This document shows positions 24,431 through 37,320 of a stretch of 49,516 bases of DNA, piece after piece. Location: contig NC_068985.1 in assembly GCF_001194135.2 (NCBI RefSeq), positions 85,477,460 to 85,526,975 of the forward strand, written 5' to 3'. The notes below the pieces were generated by a model. It made no database searches. It was not told the origin of the DNA and was given only the letters and a program-made list of their open reading frames with translations. The number at the start of each line of letters is the position of its first letter. Position 1 is the first letter of the stretch. The translations under genes were made by a program, and so were the position numbers. This stretch comes from Octopus bimaculoides. Lineage: Eukaryota.

Positions 24431-26576
24431 GCCTTACAGGTATAAACAATTATTACAAGAAAGTGTACTTTGCATCTTTAACCTATTTCAATAATGTATA
24501 ATTCATGAGTATTTTATTAGTTAAATACTAGAGTTCAAGGAGGTCAGAGGTGATTTGTGTTGGTGGAAGAATAGGAAATGAAATTTTAAAAAAACTTTTA
24601 TTTAGCAAACAGTTGTACCTATGGATGGATGATACAAGTTTTCTAATACAGGAGGACCTCTTACTAGAGCCTGTCAGAAAGCACCATAGGTCTAAGATCA
24701 TTTTCATTACCAAGGGTAAATGCTCTGTCTCTCTCTCTCTCTATTTTGTTCACTGACCTTCAAGTGTATGCTTAGAACAGTTTTATTCACTATAAACATT
24801 TACAGTCATCTACCATTTGACAAATTCACGAGGGGAGAGTACATTCCTCTCCACCCTTCACCTTCCTTTCTAAGTGGAACTGAAAACTTGACCAATGAAG
24901 TATCTTAGTCCTTTCAGTTTCATCCACCTCACATAGCCACCAGACAGAGGTAAACTACATGCTTGCACAGAGGGTAGGGGTGATCTTCACAATGGAATTG
25001 GCTGATAGCTGGCTCCATCTTACATATAACAGCAGCAATTCAACATAATTCCACAAGTTAGCAATGCTCAGAGGTTGAATTAGTGCAAGCAAAATGGTTT
25101 TGTCTTTCTGTGTACATTTTTGGACAGTCCTTCCTAATAGCACTTCTACGTTTGTAGAATTTGTCTTGAGTTAATAGTGTCTCTTATTAGCATTACCAAG
25201 ATTTAGGATTTCTGGGAGTTATCCATGAAAGTCAGTTTGTTTTTAACATTCAAAGTTTCTCCAAGAATGACATTGCTCTTTCACAGTAGGGCTCAATGAT
25301 ACTGACCAACATTTGGAGTGATTAAAGGTGATTTATTTACTTTTCTCCAGGACCTTTTTCATTGCACATTGTTGCAAACAATCTATTTCTCAACGATTTT
25401 GTGATCATTCTTTTCAAAAAGGAGTCATTTTTGTTGTGCTCAAACAGAGAATCACAGACATGAATGCAATCATATCTTTACTCTTAAATTATGTGGTTCC
25501 CAAACTTCATAGCGACTCACATAACCAAGTGTTTTTTAAATGCTTTAGAACACTCAGATGTGATTTGCAGAGTCTCTCTGAAATGTCTTATGTCATGTGA
25601 CCTGGATTATTTTGATTAGTGTTTGGATTTGGTCATCAACAACTCTAGACCTGCCAGAACATTCACAGTCTTCCAGATAAAAGTTTCCACTCCTAAATCT
25701 AATAAATCACTTATGAATGCACCTCTCAGTTATGGCACCATCTCTAAAAACAGCACATTTTTTTTTTGCTGTTTGGACAGCATTTTTTGCCTTTCTGGAT
25801 ATAAAAGAGCATTAAATGATGAATATGAATTTCATTGTCTTCCATTTTCACTTTTAAAACTTCCACACAGTCATTATATAGAAATACATAAGAGGCAATC
25901 AGCTGTTGTGTGCAAGAGAGAAGACTGCACTGGTTCAGTCATGTGATGCGTATGGATGAGGACAGCTGCATAAAGAAGTACCAAGGGCATTGTGTATTAT
26001 GTGCTCCTTCTGCAAAATCAGGCACTGGATTAACACAATAAAAGCCAATTAGACTAATTAAAAGAGGCAATCAATGCAAAATACGCTAATCAGAAGGGTA
26101 TTTTTTTTCCTTCAGGACAATGCTAGATCTCATGTTTCCTTGTAGATCCATCAGAAATTGATACAGCTTGGCTGGGATGTTCCACTACACTCACCATATT
26201 CATGTGACCTTGCACCGGTGACCTTGTACTTGTTATTTCGATCCTTACAAAATTCTCTTAATCAGAAGAACTTCAATTATTTAGAAGACTTCCAAAACCA
26301 CTTAGACTAGTTCATTACTCAGAAAGATGCCAAATTCTGGGAGGATGGGACCACGAAGCTGGCTCAAAGCTGGTGAAAGTAGTGGAACAGAATGGGACAA
26401 ATAGTTGAATAAAGGTATGTATAAATATCTAAATACTGCTTCTTGAATTTGAGACAGTACAAGCTTTTGTTCAAACCCAATGTTTTATTCGATGCTAAAT
26501 AATTATAGAGTATTCTTACTCTGGTAATTGCACACTGCCAAAACAATTATAAAAGTAAAAAGAAAAAATCTCTTAC

Positions 26577-26659
26577 CAGTGATAAATGGAATGATTTTGG
26601 TAGTTCTACCAAGATTAGATGAGGAGAAACCATTCACACTCCAAGAAGAATAAATTCAC
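26577..26659 (-). other. Candidate 83-nt non-coding or frame-disrupting exon
   Basis: Long pyrimidine tract CTTTTTCTTTTTCTTTGACTTTTGCAG|GTG... and donor ...CACTG|GTAAGA. All three frames contain a stop; one ATG-initiated 19-codon frame (MVSPHLILVELPKSFHLSL) is out of frame with Ig1. Confidence 0.3.
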
Positions 26660-26991
26660 CTGCAAAAGTCAAAGAAAAAGAAAAAGGAATGAAAAATATC
26701 TTTTGAAAAAGTTGCTTTTGATTTTAAATTAGCAAAAGCATGTCTTAACCCACTTGTGGGAATAAATGGGAATTTAATGGAACTACAAACAGTCAATATC
26801 CAAATTCTTAAGACCAAGATAATAATTAGTCCTAATTAAAAAGCTCAGGATGCCTATGACTTGAGCATTTTTCAAAACTATCTCATAGTGATTATTGTTT
26901 TATAAACTTCATGTGAACCTTCATTAAGAAAACCTATTATCCAAAGCATTATAACCACCTTCCATGTTTTTCCCAATGTCTCCTTTGTTTA

Positions 26992-27200
26992 AGGTGGTGA
27001 GCTGGCAGAAATGTTAGCATGCTGGGCAAAATGTTTAGTGGTATTTCATCTGTCTTTACATTCTGAGTTCAAATTCCGCTATGGTCGACTTTGTCTTTCA
27101 TTCTTTTGGGGTTGATAAATTAAGTACCAGTTTCGTACTGGGGTCAACCTAATCGACTGGCCCCCTCCCCAAAATTTCGGGCCTTGTGCCTACAGTAGAA
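26992..27200 (+). mobile_element. SINE family A copy
   Basis: GCTGGCAGAAATGTTAGC...GAGTTCAAATTCC...GATAAATTAAGTACCAG...AATTTCGGGCCTTGTGCC. Confidence 0.8.
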
Positions 27201-30039
27201 AAAAAATGTGTCCTTGGTTTATCAAGATTGTGGTGTCAGAGTTTAGTTAGATCTGGCTGCTGTTTTTAGCAGGTAGAGCAGCAATATGGTGGTTCCTTTG
27301 TGGTTCTTAAACGGTATGTGTTACTACAGAGATATATATAAATAAAACCATTCTGTGTTCTTTAATTTGTTTTAATCTTCATGGTTAAAACTATGATTTG
27401 GTTTTAGACAAAAGTTTTTTGTCTTTTTCTTGCAGGAACTACAAAACTTCTTGGTTTCAGTTTCACATTTTGTTATAAAATTTTAAATACGAAATTGCAG
27501 AAGCAAATAAAAAAAAAAAAACAAGAATTTTCTTCATTTCAATTAATCTAAAATATCACATCTAACCACTGTACTCTGACTGCATCTACCTTGTCTATCA
27601 TAGCTTTGTCAGAATCTACATGCTTACAAGTCACTGAAGCTGCTAGAAATAACAACCAAATCTTTCTCAGATTATACCCTGACCTGGAGTTAAACAATAA
27701 CAACACGGATGCAAGAAAAGCCTGAAAGGTAGATAAAATACAAGCCTACATTAATAAACTGCATTACTTTAGAATTCACCACTGTATGTTGGAATGTGTC
27801 GAGTGGATGCCAGGTAGTCCAAAGCTTCCTGAAGCTTGTGTATGTATACCTCTGTGTTGTAGATTTGTTCCATCAGAGTTACACCGATTCTTTAAAATGA
27901 TCTTTTATTGGTTTGGTTTGCAAGAAGCTGTGCCCATGGCTTTTGCAAGCTCTCCAACATTGGTGAGATTGATGCTCCTAATGTTCCTCTTAAGTGTTCA
28001 AAGATGTTCTGCCTAACACTACAATAACGGTTAATAAGATTCAGCATAAAAGTCTGCTTTCTGTAACATTTTAATTGTTTTATGAACCACAGCTCCACAG
28101 GTCTCTGAGCTCTTTTTTTCTTTTTTTTTTTCTGTAAGACCCTTCCTTATTGGGAGTATTGATGTGGTTGATACTTAACTTGAAGATCTATCAATGTAGG
28201 AAGAGAAGGATGATTTCAGAGGAATGCAGTTCACGGAAGGTAAAATTGGGTAAAATGTTTATATTGAGTTTGTGAGGATGGATAAGATACAATATGGATG
28301 ATGAGTAGAATAAAGATAAGTGCGTTACTGTGTACATATATATATATATAAAGCTATGTGAATTTACATTTAATATTTGTGAAACCCTCAAATGTGGAAA
28401 GACTTTCCCAGACAGTCATGTCAGTGAGCCTCTCTCTGTATCTGTGTTTACACAAATGTGCTAAATACAAATCATCCCTGTTTAGCGTACGTTTAATTAA
28501 CACACACACTCACACATATAGGTTGATTCATTTGATTATACTCCCTTCGTCTGTGAATTACAAAAGTAATAAAAAAAAACGTTTTAGTAAAAAGTAAAAA
28601 AAGGAGTTTGAAATGGTTCAAGAATGGAATCAAATCAAATGAAGCAGTCATTACTCTTCTGTTTCAGTCAATTCATGTCTATTATTATTATTAGTATGTT
28701 GTTGTTTAGCCCTAGGTGAACCCCGAGTCAACAAATCTATGATCAAAGGGTCTAGAGATGACCAGCCAGTGTTTTTTTTTGTCTAATTTGTCAAATATGT
28801 CTTCCTTTTTACGACTGTAACGTGTGATTTGAGTGAGATTAAGGTTACTACTTTTTGCAAGATGAACTCCCACATGAAGGCTCTCTTCTCGGCTCCTGTC
28901 AGTTGTGTTTAGGAAATTAGTCACATGACAACGTTGATTACAAAGCAATCAATGCTTGCTTTCTTAATGTCTATCATTTTTTTTTTTTAGGAAAAATGAA
29001 GTAGAAAATGATTCAGCTCATTTTGTCATTTAAAATTTACCGAAAGTAAATTATATTATGTTTAGGACATTAAATAATGTGTAATGTATACAATATTATA
29101 ATTGTCTGTAGTAAATTCTATAATTTATATATAATTCAATAAGAAAGAGCAACAGTGCTTGGTTTCAATGTAAATACTTGGTTGGATGTCTTCAAATCAC
29201 AACCTTTGGATTTGGGAAAGAAATGACATTGAATATTAAATAATGTAGTCCTAGCTACACCATGCTATGCTTAGTGGGTAAAAAAGGACAAGATGGTCAC
29301 ACTTAGAATGGTCTGCTTAATCCGAGCTAAGCAGGAACTTAAACAATCGATTGAAAAATTGTGGCAAAAAAACAACAGAAGCAAGAAACAAAGAATTCTT
29401 AAAAGTTTAGGAAAATTGAGAAAGTATTTATATCATATCTTTTTTTTTTACTGGTTTCTCATATTTATTGCTGATAATTATTTTCTATTTCCTTTGATTT
29501 CAATGTCTACTTGTTTATTGTGTTTGATTTTGTTGCACAGAAATCAATGTTTACCTATTACAAGTTGATAGTTATAATGAAGGGTGATAATGCTCAGATT
29601 TTTACAGTGAAGCCCTAAGAAGATGAAAGTAATGGACAAGTGTTATCAGATAAATGATAATGGGATATTGACTGACAATGAACAAACACTATCAGATAAA
29701 TGATATTAACAAACAAATAAGGAGCAAACATAACAAATAAGTGATGGAGATTATAGACATTAAGAAAAAAATAATCTGACAATGGAGTTTATCAGACAAA
29801 TAATGATAAATAAATCCTTTTATGGCCTAGATGAGGATGGGTCTGTGAGATTAGTGACGGAAATGAAGGGAAAACTCATTGATTGCAGTAGGAAGTGGCC
29901 CCATTAGACTTGCTTTCAGAGAAGGTTTTACAGAGGCAAAACCTGCTCTGAAAGCTTGAAGCAAAATAGATTCTAATTTTATAATTTAAGGACCCACCAG
30001 GCCGAGCAAAATTACAGCTGTGGAAGATACTAGTGTCAT

Positions 30040-30290
30040 GCAAATTGGCACCTGTGCCCTGTACTAGAGGCATGTAAACATACCCCAGTGACACACAAAT
30101 GACATCCGTGCCAGTGGTATGTAAAAGCACCCATTACACTCTCAGAGTGGTTGGTGTTAGGAATGACATCTAGCCATAGAAAACTATGCCAAATCAGACT
30201 GGATCCTGGTGCAGCCTCCAGCCTTGCCAGTCCGCCGTCAAACCTCCCAACCCATGCCAGCATGGACAACAGACGTTAAATGATGACGGT
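30040..30290 (+). mobile_element. Family C copy
   Basis: AAAAGCACCCATTACACTCTCAGAGTGGTTGGTGTTAGGAA...CCAACCCATGCCAGCATGGACAACAGACGTTAAATGATGA. Confidence 0.75.
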
Positions 30291-30334
30291 GTTGAAGCTG
30301 GCAATGGATTAAATCTTCTGCCCTGAGCAAGTAT

Positions 30335-30728
30335 TATTGTATTCTTTTATCCTTTTCTTGTTTTATTCATTAGGCTGTGGCCATGCTGGGGCACCACCTT
30401 GAAGAATTTTAGTTGAATGAATCAACTCCAATATTTTTTCATGTCTATTTCTTACTCTGTCATTCCTTTTGCTGAACTGCTAAGTTATTGGGATGTAAAC
30501 ACACCAACACTGGTTATCAAATTATGGTGGGGACAAACACAAACACGTGCATACACACACACACACACACACACACACAACAGGCTTCTTTCAGTTTCTG
30601 TCTATCAAATCCATTCACAAGGCTTTGGTAGGTCTGAAGCTATAGCAGACGACATCTGCCTGTAGTGCCATGAAGTGGGACTGAACCTGGAAGCAAACTT
30701 CTTACCACACAGCCATGCCGTGCCTATA
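30335..30728 (-). mobile_element. SINE family B copy, inverted, including 3' tail
   Basis: Reverse complement of 13120-13420 (CTTACCACACAGCCATGCC; CAGGCTTCTTTCAGTTTC; GATGTAAACACACCAACAC). Related tail pieces occur at 12190-12232 and 20390-20432. Confidence 0.75.
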
Positions 30729-31879
30729 CCATTCTGTGTAACTTCCATGCATATCAGTGAGAAGCTTGAGTAAAAAATATCTGTGCCAGGTCCTGTGCAA
30801 TGTGAATAAGCCCCGAACGACACACTTGCAAAGTGATTTTATTAAGCACACTGCTAAGAAAGAGTGCCATTTGCAAAGAGCAGCAAATAAAGATTTATTG
30901 ATATCAGGAAAAAAGGAGTGTCTGGGAGGGAGTTGAAGTAAGAGAAGATAAATAAGAAGCGACAAATAATTGGAAGGAATAAATAATTGCTGGCTGTTTA
31001 CATATAAAGAATAAGGCCACGTAGCAAGAAATAACTGGAATCTGTTGCTAAGTAAATAAATAACAAAAAAAAAAGGATATGAAAAATTATATATATATAT
31101 TGTATGTGTGTGTGTGTATGTGTGTATATACATACTTTGTGTAGTCAAGTAATATATTATTTGTTATGGGGTTATAGCATATAAACCAGTCTGAAAGTTA
31201 CCATTGATTTTGTATTTATCATTGCACTTGGCAATACAGATGATTCATAAGACATGCTGGCCACAAGCACTGAGCTTCTTACAGTCTTGGTCAGGTTGTC
31301 TTTCTTTCACCTCCAAACTGTCTGAGACTGTATGTTTACCCGCATCAGTAAAGCTGCCATAACCGAGGATAACAGTATGACTGCTCAGAATTTCTTTGAG
31401 AGTGATTTTTTTCTGACTTATGGACAATTGACCAAAATATACATTTAATACTAGGGCAGCGAGCTGGCAGAATCGTTAGCACACTGCAGAAGAGGAAGAC
31501 CTAAGGAGACATAGGCAGAAAGCGGTTCTTAAGACATGACAGAAGCAATGAATGACTTTCAGCAAGTGGGCAGATGATGTGTTCAAGAAAACTGATCCGA
31601 CTTTTTCCATTCATGGAAAAAAAATAAGTGGACATCAAAAAGAAATGAAGAAGATGAACTTAATACTACAAATAATATACCTAAACACAGCAGCTTCAAC
31701 AGAAACACAAGGAAACTATTTAGAGCATTGTGAAGCCCCCACCCCAAAGTTGATGTAAGTAGAATATACCCAGCGAATACACAGGGGGCATGAGGTGTGC
31801 AAATAGAGAACTATTACAAAATAACAATAGTGGGACTACAGAAACACGTAGAACCTAACAAAACACTACAATATTTTCT

Positions 31880-32150
31880 GTGAGTTGGTGGCACAAGGCC
31901 AGACTTTGGGGTACGTGTTCAGTCTGGTTAGACTGATCATAAAACTTGATGGCACTTATCTTATGGACCCTGAAAGGATGAAAAGTAAAGTTAAATTTTT
32001 AATTTGGTCACATAATCAGCAGATGGGGGGAAGGGGTTAATTGATACCATAATTCCCTTAGTACATTACTGGTACTTTATTTTTACAACTCTGGAAAAAT
32101 GAAAGGCAAAGTTGATTTTAGCAGGATTTAAACTCAAAATATAAAGATTT
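31880..32150 (-). mobile_element. Two adjacent partial SINE family A copies
   Basis: GGCACAAGGCC...GACCCTGAAAGGATGAAAAG, then CTGGTACTTTAT...AATGAAAGGCAAAGTTGAT...GGATTTAAACTC. Confidence 0.55.
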
Positions 32151-34129
32151 CTATTGGGGAGAGGAGCATAGATGATAATGCTAAGTTCACTGTGTAACCA
32201 TCCAAAGAAGGGCCTTGGTAGGACAGGAGCTCAGAACATGAGAAAATTAAAAACCACAAGGTATTTTCCCAGCACTTAGTCTACAACTTGCAGCAGCTGT
32301 GGTGGTGGCAGCAATCCCATCACCGCCACGCCACCACCGTGACTGCTGCAGCCGCTGCCACCACCACCACCACCAACAACAAAAACAACAACAACAACTT
32401 TGCAATTAAAAATAATGAGAGACAAACAGCAAAAAAATAACATGTAATAGATAAGTGATAAGAATTAATGAGAGAGATAAGCAGTAACAAAGATTACCAT
32501 GGTGGCTTAAAACAAAGGGAGAAGAACTGAGAATAAATTCAGTTGCTAGAAACACCAATTCTAAAACATGATATCTCAAGAAGTTACTTCTAGGTAGTTG
32601 CTTGACTTGCTTGAAATAACAGTCAACTCTTCTGCCATTCCACCCAACTCNNNNNNNNNNNNNNNNNNNNNNNNNNNNNNNNNNNNNNNNNNNNNNNNNN
32701 NNNNNNNNNNNNNNNNNNNNNNNNNNNNNNNNNNNNNNNNNNNNNNNNNNNNNNNNNNNNNNNNNNNNNNNNNNNNNNNNNNNNNNNNNNNNNNNNNNNN
32801 NNNNNNNNNNNNNNNNNNNNNNNNNNNNNNNNNNNNNNNNNNNNNNNNNNNNNNNNNNNNNNNNNNNNNNNNNNNNNNNNNNNNNNNNNNNNNNNNNNNN
32901 NNNNNNNNNNNGGACGTGTGGCTCAGCCACAAAAGCCGGCAGCCCTGGGGATGGCGACCTTGGTGGCACCGTCCACCAGTGAAATATTTTTGATCTTAAT
33001 TTTCGGCTTGATCAGAACTAATAGGGACCTAACCACCACCACCACCACCACCACCACCACCGACAACAACAACAACAACAACAGTTATAAATGGATTTGG
33101 CAGAAGCTTAAAGACAAGAATTCATCCAATGTTAGATACATTCCAGATTGATATTTTAATGTAATCATTAAAATATTTGACTACATCAAACAAACCTATA
33201 ACCAGACAGTCTAGCCATGACCATCACGTATTTCAGAAATGTTGAGGAATTATCTAATGCATCATTTATATTTTTAAACTTGTAGTTTCAAAGAGATTTG
33301 GCTGCTCTTTCTCACAAGCTGAGATACTATGTGGATGGTACCTCAGTCACTAGAGTTGTTATTGTTTTAGCTGCAGATTAAGAAGATCCATGTGTGAAGA
33401 TATTTTCAGTTGTGACTACCCCATCGCTTTTATAGAAAAGTCTATGACAGCATTATTAATATGTCCTTTCCTTATCTAAGATGTTAGAAGGTTATGTGAG
33501 GGAGATTTAGTTGCTATTTATTGCTGGTAAGCCAACCACATACATACACAAGTTGTGGCATTCATCTTTTGCCTCTCTTAATAATGGCAAGTAACTTTGT
33601 CCAAGGGGAAATTAAACACTGCTGTTACCAAATGTTGTTTGGCAACGGCTTTCCATCTTCACTCTTTGTGACTAAAACCTGTCATTATTTCTTTCTAATA
33701 GTGAAACCACAAAATGAGGTCATTGTCGTCATCAACAACATCATTTAATGTCCATTTTCCTTGCTGGCATGGGTTAGATGGTTTGAGAGGAGGTGGCAAA
33801 TTGGAAATGGATGATTCAATTAATTTAGTCAACTCCAGAAATTAACTGGAAATTTATTTCATAGAAACTGAGGTGAGGAAAAGGGAAGTGGGTCATGGAA
33901 GGATTTGAATTCAGAATATAAAGGGTTGTTATTAAATGCCTTATTGGTTTTAGTTCATCAACAACAACAATAACAACAACAGCAATAACAACAACGATTC
34001 TATCAGTGTACCACTGTAAGATGCCATTTAAATTGAGGACCCATCATGCAATTTTTCAGATCATCAATTAATAACAATTTAATTTTAATCCATTGTAAAG
34101 AGATGAACAATTAGTTTAGTTGTCAAGCA

Positions 34130-34350
34130 TGGCCGAATGAGGGAGCCTTTAAGTAGTTGCTCAACTTGCTATAAATAGCAGCTAAATCTCCCTCAAATCA
34201 TACACAATTACTTTAGAAAAGACAGAATCACTGGACAATGTGATTCTAGATTCATTTTACAAGTGAGAAAGATAGGGTAGTCATATCTTGAACACCTTCA
34301 TCAGAGGTCTACTGATAAGGGTGGACCCGACACTAAAACAACAACACCTG
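34130..34350 (+). repeat. Family D unclassified interspersed repeat (~200-250 bp), representative copy
   Basis: Shared motifs CTTGCT(AG)AAATAGCAGC.AAATCTCCCTCAAATC, GGA.AATGTAGTCCTAGA and TAAACAACAAC recur near 4430-4615, 6230-6300, 8270-8340, 14390-14560, 18720-18965, 19055-19230 (inverted), 27630-27705, 28705-28760 (inverted), 29240-29340 and 33180-33330 (inverted). Confidence 0.65.
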
Positions 34351-36629
34351 ACAACTATCTTTTTTCATGAAATATTACAATCAAAGGTGTTGGAATTATT
34401 TCCATTGCTTTTTTTTTTTAGACATTTCGTCTACTTATTGCTTAAATAGTTTTGGATGGTTGAAAATGTCAACTCACAGTATCAACATGTGAAGCTCTGC
34501 CATACATTGCATGCATGCACACACACACACACACACACACATGTTATATACCTCAGTTGGCATTGAACACCAGATCCATTGCAACCTACATTATCTGCTC
34601 TGTCCAAAAATGCATGACCAACAGATCTTAGTTATTACTGTTGCTCATTGCCAAGAGCTTTTTGTCAACTATTTGCTGGGACAATCTCAGGTTTTATAGC
34701 TCATAGCAAATCACTAGTGGCAGTGGGGAAAACTCTATTTGTTACCTGTCCCAATGACATAAACTCACACCTGCAGATTTGATTATTTGAGAGACAATCA
34801 GCAATATGTCACTTCAGAGTCATCAGCAGTATCATACCAGTGATGATAAAATTCACTGCTGATATTCATTTTGAAAAAGTTTGCTGCTAAAACTGTTATC
34901 TTCTTATAACTGACAATAATTCGCTGATAACGGTTGCAATTCCTACATTAAAAACCATTGATATTCAGGATTGAATATTTGTTTTTAACACGAGTCAAAA
35001 TTATACCAGAAATCACCTATTTCTCCAAATAATGAACTATTCATATTAAAATAATACCTTTTAGAACCCCTCACCCTACAAAACATCACTGGTTCTTTTT
35101 CTTAGGGCCTCACTCTACAGAACCCTGCCTTGATGGCTCTTGCTTTTAGTAAGTGATCTCATTTGAGCAAGATATTACTAATTGCTCCAACTTCTCTTTA
35201 TGGGTCTTTAACCATCACCTCATAATGACAGTCTCACCAACAGTTTGACTACAGCGTGTTTGTCCTTTTCTGTCATAGTTCACATCTATGCAAACAAAAT
35301 TACACAGCTCAATTCACTGACCATCACAGACTACTGTCATTTTGCTTCTCTTTATGGATCAGCTAATTAAGCTGTTGTGATAAGGGGAAGTCACAAGTCA
35401 ATCAGTAAACACCAGCTAGGCAGCTTACTGCCAATGATGCAACAGCTTATTCTGAGCTATGCAGCTCGCTTACCACTTTTCTGTAGACTAGTCTTGTAAC
35501 AGGCAGCTACATTGCCCGGATAGAAATTACATGCATTCAGCCATGGTATATGAAGAACTAACAGCTTTACTAATCACAAGCCACTTGCAGCTTTATCATC
35601 AGCTCTCACAAGCTACACATCTTTTGTTTCTCTGCATGGACTATGCCAATTTTGAAGAAAACCCTTCATTCAGCAAGCTGCATACGAAGCACATTCTTAG
35701 CTGAATGTTCTTCGCTGAATGGATACCCAAAGTAGTAACTCATATCTGCCAGTTCCTGCAAAAAGTAGGCTTATTCTCTTTCATTTTTACCAAAGCAAAA
35801 TTGTGTGGCATTCAAAATGAACTTGCATTCATGTTTGTATGTAAAACCTTGCTTCTATCAATGATGACATTTTAAAATCTGTTATATATTGTTTTTGTGA
35901 TCCAACTTTGTAGTCTCACTCTTTCATATTAACACATGGACTGCTGTTTATATTACTTTGAAGTGTGGTTTTAATTATTTTGTATAATTTGCCCAACACA
36001 TAGATAAGACAACTCTACCATACAGAAGGAAAAAGTAAGGTAAAATGTGTGTGTGTGTGTGTGTGTGTGTTCATTTAAGACTATTTCCATGATGACATGG
36101 TTTGGAAGAGAATTGATTTTGAGGCAGGAGATGCTTTTCCCGTCACCAACTTTCACCTGATTTTCATGTAAGAGATTTTATATTACTGTAATCTCTGTGC
36201 AACTACCTTCATTATTTTCTATAAATCAAAGAGCTTAGAGAATGCTAGAGTGAACAAATCTGGTATTAAGAAATCAATGTATAATAAAAATAAGACACTA
36301 CAAGGGTGGGNNNNNNNNNNNNNNNNNNNNNNNNNNNNNNNNNNNNNNNNNNNNNNNNNNNNNNNNNNNNNNNNGGGTGGGTAATAATGAAATAATTTGA
36401 TAGAGACCCATCCATCTTAATTCTTCTTTTACTGCTCTCACTTTTCTGTCATCTTACCTTGAGCAAATGAGCCTATCAAGTGATGAGGACAATCTAATTT
36501 TATGGAGTACAAGACAACCTCACTGGTCCTGGTGCCATGATAATCTACTTTGTAAAGTCTTCTTTGTAAAGTGGTTGGTGAATAAGTAAAGATGATGTGA
36601 GATTGAAAGAATGCCTTTGTCTTGTAAGG

Positions 36630-36850
36630 ACAGTGCCATGATGAAAATGCCGACAGTACACTTTGTAAAATATTTAGTGATAGGAATGGCATCCAACTCT
36701 ACAGATTGAACCAAAACTGAAATGTGTAAATGATCACACAACCCTTATAGGAAGGCAGAAACTGAAATAAGAACTGATTTGGACAATAACAGCCTATGTC
36801 TAACCTATATCAGCATGGAAAGAGGATGGATAGGTGGATGATGATGAAGA
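36630..36850 (+). mobile_element. Diverged family C copy
   Basis: CAGTACACTTTGTAAAA...GGAATGGCATCC...CAGCATGGAAAG...GATGATGATGA. Confidence 0.5.
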
Positions 36851-37189
36851 TATAGAGGATGACAAATCGTCAGTGATATTCATTTCTGAAATTAGCACAA
36901 GGCTACAAAATACTGGCAGAAGATATAGTTGATTAATATAACTTCCAGAAGGATTGATAAAAATAAAGGCAAAGTTGACTTTCCAGGCAGAAATAACACA
37001 AAATAATGATGGAAATATTTGAAAAAAATTCCAAATAGAGAGAAAGAGAACAAGTGCAGTTTGAATAGAATAAGAATGAAGAGGCAATGATGAGCATTGA
37101 TTGCAAGCAAAAGATGGAAAGGTTTAGAACTAAAACACTGAGTTCTATTTAACATATAAACAAACAAACCATTGTTGCAATCCCTACAT

Positions 37190-37320
37190 GAGTGTAGTGG
37201 CAGAATTTGTAGAGCACCAGATAAAATGTCCTGCAGTATTTAACAATGTCCTCTTATATCATGACTTCAAATGATGCCAAAGCCAACTTTGCCTTTCGTT
37301 ATTCCAGAAGTACATAAGAA
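37190..37320 (+). mobile_element. Diverged SINE family A copy
   Basis: GTGGCAGAATTTGTAGAGCACCAG...CAACTTTGCCTTTC. Confidence 0.5.

Noticed and set aside
34823-34862. Small hairpin containing GTGATGA and CTGA (C/D box-like)
   Set aside because: Only about 30 nt between the boxes, too short for a C/D snoRNA, with no recognisable guide.
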